Origin: Yuukianura sp. NJ FZ-2021
Lineage: Eukaryota
Assembly: GCA_046563655.1 (NCBI GenBank)
Contig: CM102288.1
Location: forward strand, 372,001 to 436,000
DNA length: 64,000 bases
Direction of reading: 5' to 3'
A model generated the notes under the pieces. It worked only from the letters and a program-made list of their open reading frames with translations, did no database searches and was not told the DNA's origin. Below, piece after piece: positions 37,818-49,800 of the stretch. How positions within the stretch are numbered: position 1 is the first letter of the stretch; each line of letters starts with the position of its first letter. A program made the position numbers and the translations under genes.

Positions 37818-40800
37818 TCAATTCCAGTAGTAGTCATCATCCATGAAGTAGTCGGCGGAGTACAGGGAAGGAAAGTCCATGGATTGGAACATCGGTGACC
37901 TCTGGTACGGTTCATGACGGGTCGAATTCTAAAAACAAACAGAAAAATCAACAGTCTTATCCAAAAACTTAGCTGCAATACTGCAAACTCCGAATTTTTT
38001 TTGATTAGTGACACCAAAAGCTGCTTTTAGTTTTTTGCTACTTCGTTTTAACGCTAAAAATCGCAAGTTTTAAGCAACAATTTGAAGTAAAATGAAAATT
38101 AAGAGTAAAAGCGAGAGTAAAGAAAGCAAAGCAAAGCACAATTTTGATTTGAAGGACAAGTTCCACAAAAAGCTGCTTACGTAAACATACATTTTTGTAA
38201 GTACAAATTCTATTCGAAGTCGAGGTGATTTTTAGCTGATTTGAAGGGCTACAAAGATTTTTAGAAAAGACGAATTTTTACAACTTTGAATTTGAGAGAG
38301 ACGACTTTCACTTTTGAACAGAAAAGAAAAATGAAATATAAAGAATGAATTAAATATATCAATAAAGTTATTTTAAATTATGAGTTTTCTTACAGCTTCA
38401 CTGACTCCGCGTGCAGCTGAAGTAGCACGTCCCCGAGCTCGTAATTTTGAAAGTGCCTGTTCCGCAATGTCCGCTCGTTCCTCTCCCTCTTCCAGCTCTG
38501 TTTGCGCTTTTCGGAATTTAGCCAAGTTGAGGGCAGCAATTTCCTCCTGGAACCAAAAAATATTTTAATTTTGACCAAAACTAAAACTTTACCTTTGACC
38601 TTCCACTTACAGCCTCCTCAATCTGCCTCTTGTAGCTCTTAATCTTATTCTGAAGCTTGTCGACCAGATCCTGCATTCTCTCGTGGTTCTTGTGATCCTC
38701 TTCAGCCTGGAACGTCAGTTCCTTGATACGGCGTTCTCCCTTGCGCAAGTTCTTCTGTGCATCGGCATGTCGTCGCTGTTCACCATCAAGTTCTTGCTCG
38801 ATCGCTCGAATGCGTTCTTCCAGCTTGGCAATCGTTCGACGACCGCCCTTCAGAGCCTCTCGCTCGGCTTCGTCCAGTCGAACTTGCAATTCCTTCATCT
38901 GGGCTTCAATGGCCTTTCGCATCTTCTCTTGTGCCTGGGCATGTTCCTGCTCAGCTCGTAACTCTGAAAGATGATTTAAAAAAGTTTTAAAAAAAAATTT
39001 GAAACTTGAAAATATGAACTTACCGTCAGCCAGTCGCGCAGCGTCGATCATTGCCTTCTTGGCCTTCTCTTCCGAGTTTCTGGCTTCGTTCACAATTTCC
39101 TCGAGGTCGGACTGCAAAATTCAGGAAATTAAGTTACTACTAATGTAATTAATCGATTAATAACAAAATTTTTGAAGTTTTCAATTAACTATTTACCTGT
39201 AAAGTTTGAAGTTCGCCTTCCAGCTTCCTCTTGGCAGCAGCCAGCGATCCAGCCTGAGCACTCAGTTCGTTGATCTGCTCGTGGGAGTCGGTAAGTTCAG
39301 CTTCGGCAGCACGGCGAGCCTTGTCAGCTTGCTCCAACAAAGTTCTGGACTCTTCAAGCTCATTGGCCAAGGCATTAGCTCGTCGCTCAGCCAATTGGAG
39401 TTGTTCTCTCGTTTCGTCCCGAGCTCGCTGTTCATCTTCCAACTGAGCCTGAATCTCCTTCAACTGTTGTTGGTATCTCTTGATGCTCTTCTGGGCCTCA
39501 GCATTAGCTTTGTTCGAATGGTCAAGGGCCACTTCCAGTTCATTAATGTCCGATTCAAGCTTCTTCTTCATGCGGAGTGCCTCGGCCTTTCCTTTGGCCT
39601 CTGCTTCCAAACTGGCTTGCATGGAGTCAAGGGCTCTCTGGTGATTCTTACGCGTGTTCTCAAACTCCTCCTCCTTCTCTTGGATACGACGATCAATTTC
39701 TTGGCGAACCTGAGACAATTCCAATTGGCCACGCAGAACTTTGTTCTCTTCTTGCTCAAGAGCGCTTTCAGCTTCCTCAAGAGCGGCTTGCAGCTCTTCC
39801 TTCTCAACTTCCAGTCGCTTCCTGGCCTTCTCCATCTCGTGGATGCTGCGACCTCCTTCACCGATTTGGTCCATGAGCTAAACAAATATTATTTTATTTA
39901 TAAATTATAATATATAATATAGAAATAATAGAATGTAGAGTAACTAACGTCTTTGATCTCATCTGCCAAGTTCTTGTTCTCGCGTCGGACAGAGTCGAGT
40001 TGTTCTTGACCTTCTTCGAAGACGGCCTTGAGTCGGAACAGTTCGGTGGAGTAGTTTCGGCATTCCTTCTGAGAAGCATCCAATTCACCAGCCAATTCGT
40101 CAACCTTCTGCTTCCATTCTGCAACGATCTTGTCAAAGTACTTCTGTTTCTTCTCAAGCTGAGCTGCAAGGGTCTGGGCTCTCTCAACCTCGAGCTGCAT
40201 GTCTTCCAGCTCCGTGGACAATCGCTGTTTGGTCTTCTCCAGCGCAAGGACTTTCTGGTTCAGCGATTCGATCGTCTCTTCTGCCTCGGTCAACCGAGCT
40301 TGCAGTTTTCGTCTGACATTGGAAAAAATGAAATAATTCTCATTAAATTCTCAGAAAAAAAAATCAGTTTTGATAAATTTTGAAAAACTTACTTCGATTC
40401 CTCCAGCTCTTCGACACGCTGGATGCCTTCGACTTCGTACTTGGTTCTCCACATTTGAGCGTCAGCGTTAGCCTTGGTGAGTTGTCGCTGCAGATCAGCT
40501 TTGGATTCAGACTCTTCGTCCAATTGTTCTCGGAGACCGTCCAAATCGTGCTCAACGTTTCGGAATTTACCGAGCAGACTTGCTCTCTCCCTGGCTTCTT
40601 CATCAGCAACTCGCTTCGTATCTTCCAACTGAGTAGCCAGAGTTACTTTCAATTTGTTCAATTGCGAAATCTGGCTCTCTGCATCTTCCAATTGGCGTGA
40701 GAGATCTCCATTCTCGGCTTCAAGTTTCTTCTTGCCAGAATCCATGTCACTGAGCGTGCGTGAAGCATCTTCATACTTGTGCTGAATCTCTCCGAGGTCA

Positions 40801-43800
40801 TACTGGAGACTCTTGTTCTGTTTTTCTTGTCCAGCCTTCTCATTGGTCAAATGATCCATAGCAGCTCGGATGTCATTCAATTCACCAGCCATTTGAGTTC
40901 GGTCTTTCTCTGCCTTGGCTTTCATCTTATTCAGAGTGTCAATTTGTTCAGCCATCTCTGCAACGGCGTCATTATGCTTCTTTCGGATGTTGGCCATGGC
41001 AGCTTCATGTTGAATGTTGGATTCCTCCACATCACGACGCAGTTTGGATAGTTCCACTTCCCGCTTCTTGTTGAGTTCAATTTGGGCAGCAGTGGCTCCG
41101 CCAGCTTCTTCAAGTCGCTCGTTGAGCTCTTCAAGCTCTCGCGAAAGATCAGCTTTTTGCTTCTCCGCTTTGGCTCTCGCCTGTCGTTCAGCCTCCAATT
41201 CCTCCTCCAATTCTTCAATTCGAGCCTGGTCAGAATATTTAACATTACTTAATCTTAAGCGAAACGTTGTAATAAGTTTCGTAAAATCATCAGTTTTCGA
41301 GAAAAAGTAGCGAAAATTTTGGAGCAACATAAATTTAAATTTCACAATTTCAGTCGTCTCAAAAAAACAATTACCTGCAACTCCTTGACTTGTTTCTGAA
41401 GTTTTCCAACTTGAGACTGCTCTTCTTCCAATTTGGAAGTGAGAGAAACAATTTCTTTGTCTTTTCGCGTAATTGTTTGTTCCAACTCCTTTTTGTTTCT
41501 CTCAAGATCAGAAACTGCTTCTTGGGTCAACTTGAGGTCACCTTCAATCTTCCTCTTGGATTTTTCAATATCACCTCGCAGCTTCTTCTCCCGCTCCAAA
41601 GAATCTTCGAGTTCATCCAGCGTCTGCTCAAGCTTCGCTTTCACTTTGTTCAAATGGTTCACTTTGTCTTCCGCCGCCTAAAAGAAATCCGTTTTCAAAA
41701 ATGTTCAAAAAACTTTTAGAAGTTTGAGTTTCTTGTTGATGTTTTACCTGTAAATCTTCAGCAGTCTTCTGATTGATCTCGGACATGTGCTTCTTCTCCT
41801 TGTTCAACTTGTTGATCAATTCATCTTGTCTAGCAATTTCATCATTCAAAGTGCGAATTTGATGATCTTTGGTAGCCTTGTCGGAATCCAGTTTGTTCAA
41901 AGACAATTCCAAATCTTCAGCATCTTTACGCAGTCCAGCCAACTCTTGCTCCATTTTCTTCTTTGACTGAAACAATTGGTTTCGCGCATCTTCCTCCGCC
42001 TGTAGTCGCTCTTGTGTATCCTGAAATAAACCAATTTTCATAAAAAATGGCAAAATTTTCCAAAATTGGGGAAGATTCTATTGTCAGAAAACTTATTTTC
42101 CTTTGATAATGTTTCCGAATTCAGAAAAAGTGAAAATGAAAAGTCTCCGGAATTTCAATTTTTGTCATTTGTCAACAATGACACGCTTCACACTTTCTCC
42201 AAACTTTCACTTTTGGTCAAAAGTGTCATTCAAGATCAATTTTTTCTTTTTTTCATTAAGTATTATTAGGTTTCCTTTTGATGAAATTTTATTCAAAAAA
42301 CGGAAAAAAAAAGAAAACGTGAGGAGACATTACCTCTCTGTTAAGATTAATTACATTTTCCAAACTTTCTCAAGTCAAAACCCTCTCAGAATAGAAATCA
42401 TGTCTTATTTTTTTTTTTAAAGTTGTGTTCTATTGAACTGTTAGTACAGTTCTGCAGCTGTTGGACACAAGATTAATGACGGAAGCTCCTACACTTACGC
42501 CCACAAAAGTATGAAGAGAAGCCTTCTTTTAAGAGACTAGACACCTAAAAACATATTTCTGTCGTCTATGACGCAGTTCGAGGCAGCTCTTCCTGCAGTT
42601 ACACCTTTCTCAACAAGTCAATCTCTCACATAAGGCTAAACATATTTACAAAAATTGGCACTTTCCAAGTCCTCGCCAAATTTTTGACACCTGAAATTAC
42701 CTGCAAAAAAAAGCTTTTTAGGGGTGAAAGTCCGACTTTCACCCCTAAAAAGCTTCTTTGCAGGAATTCCATAAAATTCTAAAGGGATTCCAAATCTGTA
42801 TGATGAAAAAAAGCTTCAAAAAACAAAAAACAAATAAAAAGTAATGCGAACTTTAAAATTTCAGTTCAATATTTCAAGTTCAACTTGTGATGTATCAAGG
42901 TTTGAGTTCCATAAATCTACTCTACAAAAAGTTTAACTTTTCAAAATTTTTGCAAATGTTTTCAACCAGCGGCACAGCGTGCAACGAAAAATTTTGGCTT
43001 CCGAAGTTTGGGCACAAAATTTTAAGTTTATAAGATTAAATTAAATGGAAATGAAAATTAATTTAAAAAAGAAAGGACTTACAGAAAGTTGAGATTCCAA
43101 GTCAGCTTTTTGCGTAGAAAGTTTAGAAATTTTCTCTTGGATGTCTCCCATGGCTCCTTTCTCCTGCTCCAATTGTGCTGCCAATGCATTCTTCTCCTCC
43201 AAAATTTTAGCACTCTTTTCCTGGATCTCCTTCTTGAGTGCCTCTTCCTTGGCGTAAGCCTCCTCAGCTTTCACTGCTTTCTCCTCCAATTTCTGTTTAA
43301 CCAAATCAACTTTATCCAAGTACTCCAAACCTCCACTCCCACTCAACTCAGCCACTTCACTCATTTCCAAAATCAATCAATTAACACTTAAGATTCTTAA
43401 GATTGAGCAATTAACACCTCTGCCTAGCCTCAATTCACACCTCTCCACTCCACCCTTCAAACCTATCGCCTAACCTAAAGCTACGCTCAAAGTGCCAATT
43501 TGTTCTAAAAACTGGAGCGTCGGTGTATCGCTTGTCAGATGACGCCTGCGCAGATATTTTGAAAATATGTTGCACAGTTTGTAAAACTCCTACATATGAT
43601 CACACACCTCAAGTTGTTCGGTTGTTCTACAAACCTTTTTCTAAACAAGTTTTAGAACGGCGGTGAAGGTGGTCCGCCTCCACCTTGCAACAGCATTTCT
43701 TTGAATTCCAAGATATTTTGGGGCGTGCTAAGCTATAAAGAGGGCGGAAACTGAAGATGAAATCACTGTTGAGAGAGGAAGGTGAAAAAATGGGAAGATG

Positions 43801-46800
43801 CGAATCTGAGGATTTTTAGAAAAAAGGAAAAAAGTATTTTTAAAATTTATGTGACATTTCCTTCATGTCTTCCCATTTTGAACACTTTGGTATTAAACAG
43901 TTCCTGGGTGGTGGGTTCATCAATAATGTTAGCAGAGCAGATGGAACTTCTAGCACAGACTTGGCACTCGTCTCTGTTCAAACAACATTTTTTGAACAAA
44001 AAAGAGGCAGAGTGAGACAGTTGAAAGAAAAAGTAGCATGTCTAATTCTGTTTTTTGGAGGAAAAAAGAGGTGAATTGGGCAGGTGGAGGACGGCAGTGA
44101 TGAACGCGTTTTGAAATTATTTTAAAAATACAAATTATTTAAAATAGAAATTTTAAAAATTGTCTACAAAAAGTTAATCTACAAAATATGTTTTTAAATT
44201 TTTTGCAGAAATGCTTTCTCCAAGATTTCAATTTTCAGCAATCATTCAGATTTCAAAAATAATTTTTCATTTTTTCCCCTTACCCTCATTTCATCTTCAA
44301 TCTTGGAAGCACTGAGAAGTGGTCTGACTTTCTGCCACAATTTGAACCACGACCACGTTCGGAGTTTCAAGTAGCCTCTCAAGCTGCGCTGAATTACTTG
44401 GAGAGCAATTCTGTACGAAATAATATATTATAATATATTTTATTTAATATATAATTAAAAAGTTGACGAACCGTTGATCTTGGAGACGCTTGTACTCCTT
44501 GAGGGTCAAGTAGTTGCGAATATTGGCTTGGAGCCATGTGAAGATCTGAGTGAGACGCTCGTCACGAACTTCTTCAAGTTGACCCAAAACTCCGGCACGG
44601 AAGAACACCTAAGCAAAAGGTCAAAGGTCAACACACTCCCACATTCTTAAAAGAGGCACTCAATCCATGCAAATACAAGCATTGTCAAGCATCCTTGACA
44701 ATTTAAAAAAAAAACTTACTGAAAAAAAAAACACAGCAGAAACGCAAAATCATAAATAAAAAAAATATCAGAGAAAGTCAAGAGAGAAAGCTCCAAGACC
44801 AACTTTTTCTAAATTGAAAATCAAATTAATTTTTTTTTTCAAAATCTGAAATTTTTTAGTAAAAGCGAAAAAAACACACTAAGAAGAGCAATTGTATAAA
44901 ATTGCCTTTGTGTTTCCCAGTCTGTATTGGTCATGTTCGAGGTTGATTGTTTCCAAAATGATTTTGGCAACTTCCTTCTCATCAGCAACTCCTTTAGCTT
45001 CTTTAGAAGCCAAGATTTTGTACCTTCAAGGGACACAAGGGATCATCACACATGACAAAACAAAACAAATTTTCAAAATTGAAAATTTTGAATCAAAAAA
45101 TTTTGAATTCAACTATTTTTTGAATTCCTAAAAACAGCAATCAAGTGTCGCAAAACTTGCGACATAAGAACAACACATTTCCTCAGTGCTTGAATTTCTC
45201 AAGTTTTTGGTTCGGAAAGACAGGACAAGAAAAAATCGGGGTTAAACCCGTTTTTTTTTTCAACCAAGAAAAAATTACAGAAAAACTCCGATTTTTTTTT
45301 TTGAAAGGGAAACGTGCCTTGGTGTGACCCAATCGAAATTTGTCTGCTTCCAATTCAATGGCATCAAAGCAAACTTGAGCCATTTTCTTGTCCTCTGTCT
45401 CTGCCTTCATTTTCTCAGGTGCTAAAATTAGATACCTTCAACCAAACCAACAAAAATTGGAAATTTTCGAATTTTCAATTTTTTGAATTAAATTACGAAT
45501 TTTCAAATTTCATGGTAGGTATTTTAAGCACTTCTCCAAGAGCATTACAGTGCATTGAATTAACTGTTTCTTTTTGCTACGCCCTTCAGTCTGCTTCGTT
45601 TTAATTAAAATGGCAGTTAAGTTTAGGAATTAAAAGTGAAAATTAAAATTTAGTAAATGTAGTTTTTCCTTACCTGTGTTTGAAGTCAGTGTAGACCATT
45701 CGGTTGGGAAATCCTTTGCGACAAATACGAATTCCTTCAAGTACACCGTTGCAAGTGAGCTGGTGCATCACCAAGTGGGAATCAATCAAACCTTGCAACA
45801 CAAAATTAAAACTTCCAATTAGAACAATTTTTAAACTAAATTTTTCCACAAAAATTGGTTTTTAACACAAATTGAATTTTGAAAGTGTGACTTACCGGCT
45901 GTTTTCAATTCATTAGGAATGATACAACGGATGAAATGAGGTGAAGTAGCTTGGAGAGTTGTCATCAAGTTGTTCAATTGTTCCTAAAACAGGATCAAAA
46001 ATTAGCAACTTTTTACAGAAAACTCAAAAAAAAAAATGCATCCGAAACATCAAACACTGAAAACAGTTATTTCGTCAATACATTAGTGTGAGATCATACA
46101 AAAATTAAAACACTGCGTCTGCCGCATAGTGTTAAACAAAAGCTAAGTTAATTGAAGTTAGTTATTATTAAATTCTTCACCTTGATCGTCCAATGTGAAG
46201 CTCAAAATTATTTGCGAAAATCTCAACTAAAAAATGAGGTCTGAAGAATTTTGTCTCCTTTTGTCCAAGTATTTTGGATTTTCAGATTTTCAAAATCTCA
46301 AATTCTTTCAAAAAAGTTTACTTGAAAGTAACAAGACCAAGGCAATAACGTTGTGCCCGGTAGAATGAAAATTGGGATTTGTTCCCTTCAAAACGACTTG
46401 TATGAAATGAATATGTACAAAGGTCAAAGGTCACGGAAAAGCATTCCTTGATTTACAAATCCAATGAAACAACGTTTTTGGACACTTTTAGTTTTTTTTA
46501 AGTTGTACCCGGTAGGATGAAGAGACTGTGGCAAAGCCTGAGCCCTTCTTTGCTCGTCCACCTGAATCAATTGTTTGTGTGTTAATTAAAGTCAAAAACT
46601 TAATTAAACTTAAAAATTCAATTAACATTTAACCCAGCCCATGAATTTTTAACATCGTGGACATGAATGAAACTCAACTGAAATCTGAAATGTAATTACC
46701 GAGAAACTTTTGCTTTAGGCTATTGCAACATTCGTTAGGAGGCTGAGAAGCAAGGCATTACGAAAATTCTGTTTTAAAAACGCGTTGTACTTTTTCAAAA

Positions 46801-49800
46801 AAAATTACCCTGTAGAGGGCTGATACTGTTTGAAATGCTGAGCCTTTGGCACGTTTTCCACCTTTTTTCAAAACAAACTCAATTAATTAAAAAAAAAAAT
46901 TCAAAAACCTCCACTAAAAATTTGAAAAATGGAGTGCCTCGCTGCCTGAAACAAAAAGTGAAGGTAAGGCCCAAGTTGACGAAACTTAGAAAAGGTAAAC
47001 TGCAAATCCGCGATTGCAGAATATGTGAATGACCCAGGTCAACAAGGTCATTGACCTCGTGACCTTTTGACCTCGACATACCTTTGCCACCACCGTCGTC
47101 CTTGCCACCGGACTGTCCAGGATGATCAATGAAGATTTCCTTGAGGAGTGCATTGTCGCCCTTCTTGAACTGGTCAACGACAGTGTCGTTGAGGGGGTCC
47201 TTGTTCTTTTCCAGCCAGTTCGAGATGTTGTACGGAACCTAAACACAGCAAAGGTCAGAGGTCAAAGGTCACAACATTTAAAAAAAACTTTAAAACTTAC
47301 AGTTCCAGCGTAGTGAACACAAGCAAAGTGAGCCTCAGCACATCCTGGTTTGGCGGGTTTCGGTTTCTGGAAGTTCGGTGACTTGCCCAAGTGATTGTTC
47401 TTCAACTTTTCAGCGAAAGTCTGGTCAGTGGCTTTGGGAAACATAGATTCTTCTTCAAGGATGGAGAAGATACCCATGGGCTGTGTTTCAAAATTTTGAA
47501 AAAATGAAAAATTTCATTTGAACCAATATATTGGTTCAAATATTGCAATATTATGAAAAAACTGACCTTCTCCATAAGTTCAATACAAGCTTGCAAGTCC
47601 ATGCCGAAATCCATGAAGACCCAGTCAATACCTTCTCGCTTGTACTCTTCTTGCTCCAGAACGAACATGTGATGGTTGAAAAATTGTTGAAGTTTTTCAT
47701 TAGTAAAGTTGATACACAGTTGTTCAAAACCGTTGAACTGCAAATCAAAAATAACGTTTCAAAAATCCAGTTGTGAGAAGAAAAACAAGTTTTTTTTTGA
47801 AAACTTACATCAAAAATTTCAAATCCAGCAATATCCAGGACCCCAATAAAGTGTTGTCGTTTTTGCTTTGTGTCAAGAGTTTCGTTGGCCTTCTTGACGA
47901 GCCACTTGAACAGTCGGTCGAACATGCCCTTGCCCAAGGCACCAACGGAGTATGCGCACTACACAACCAGAATCGCATTATTTAAAAAAAATGTCCCATT
48001 TTTAACATTTTTGAAAATTTTGAAAATGTCGTAAAGTTTACCTGGTCCTTGTTTCGTCCTTGCGTCACAAATTCGTTACCGACTTTGATTCTCGGTTTGA
48101 GCAAATTTTTGAATAGATCCTCTGGGACAACTCCCAAAAGCTTTCCAACGCGCTCACCTTCCTAAAAACAAAACACATTTTTTAAAATTTGGAAAAATGT
48201 AAAATATGAACTTTTTTTTTTGAAATTCGTAAATTTTGGAAAACTTACCGCGGTACCGTCAGCTTCTGCCTGTTCTTCTCTTCCCCTTTGCTTGAACTTC
48301 ATACCACCCATGTGCATAACCGCAGCCGTGATCTTGTAGATGTCCGCCTTCTCTTGCTTTGAAAATCCCAAAATGTCAAAGGCTTCCTGATTTTTTTAGA
48401 AAAACAAAGTTAAAATTTAAATTTAATTACTAGGAGTAGGCAACAATTGAGAGCAATTCAAGCCAGAAAATCAAACACGACTTGAAAACGATAACTTGGG
48501 TTAGCTCAAATAATCAAAACAGCGTTTTTGTTGAAAATTGTAACTGGCGCTGTGTTTAAGCAACGAAAATTGTGCTGCGCAGTGTTTTCATCAAGCGTCC
48601 AAACTTACATCAGTGACCACAAACTCTTCCCCGTCATCAACTCCAGGAATGGTCGTTTTTCCTTGGGACACGAAGTAGTAGTCATTGATGTTGTTGCTCA
48701 GCAAGCACATTTCTGTGTAATTCCAAATTAATTCAACACAATTCAAAACACACACTCTTAATTAATTCAACTGAAACAGATTAGAATCACGCGATTACTA
48801 TCGTTCTAAAAATCTAAAAATCAAGACTAAACACACTGACGACCGATTTTCAAAATCTGCAATGGTCGTGCTTGTCAATTCAAACAAAACCAAAATGGGA
48901 GAAATCGAACTCGGGAAAGCGAAACCACTTTTTCGTTTCTGGGTTACTCACATCCGTAGCAACAAATTCTTCACCATCATCGACTCCAGGGATGGACGTT
49001 TTTCCTTGGGACACGTAGTAGTAGTCTGTGATGTTGTTACTCAACAGACACATCTCTGAGGTTGGCACAAACAAACGTTGAACAAACGTATTTCAAAACT
49101 TTATAAACGTTTTACCCTAACTGGAACCTAGTTTAACTATGACTGGCTACAAGTATCACAGTTTAGTATAAGTGCACTTGAGTTCTTACCCTTGACACCC
49201 TTGACGGCTCCTGACATGATCTGGTAGAAGATGTGGTAAGAACGTTCTAGCGGCTGTTGAGAAATGACACGAGCCTTCTCCAGCAGATCTACGTATTACA
49301 AAACGTTCAAAGTACGATCAAAAATGTTACGTTTGTGAATACCAACATAAAATTTTAGCAAAGGTTTCTTACAAGTCTCAATGTCAGCTCCAGCCAATTT
49401 TCCAGTCATACCAAAATGGATACGGATGAATTTACCCTATACGAGAGGAAACATCGATCAGCCACATACAAGCTGTTTGACATGACGGATCAAATCAATC
49501 AAATGCTTGAATCAAAACTTACAAAACGGGACGAGTTGTCGTTACGTGTTGTTTTGGCGTTACCGAAGGCTTCCAGAACAGGCTACAAAGAACAAAATAA
49601 CGGTAAATTTAGTAACGTTCTTTCATCAGTAAAAACGATCGGCCAACGCAAGACTTTTATGGAATGTATCAAATCATGTAAACTTACGTTGGTCTGGACG
49701 ACTTGATCTTCCAAGGAACCCTACAAAAAGCATTGGTATCGTTTTAGTTACAGAAATTAATCAGTAATTGACTTAAAAGTTAAAAAAATCACCTTTCCGG

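Noticed and set aside
38683..41719. Long plus-strand ORFs (up to 234 aa) opposite Mhc
   Set aside because: Antisense shadows of the codon-biased coiled-coil exons.
42499..42544. 46-nt AG..GTAAGT segment in the Mhc rod intron as a coding or catchin-like exon
   Set aside because: Frameshifting, with no in-frame ATG; at most a poison exon, unsupported.
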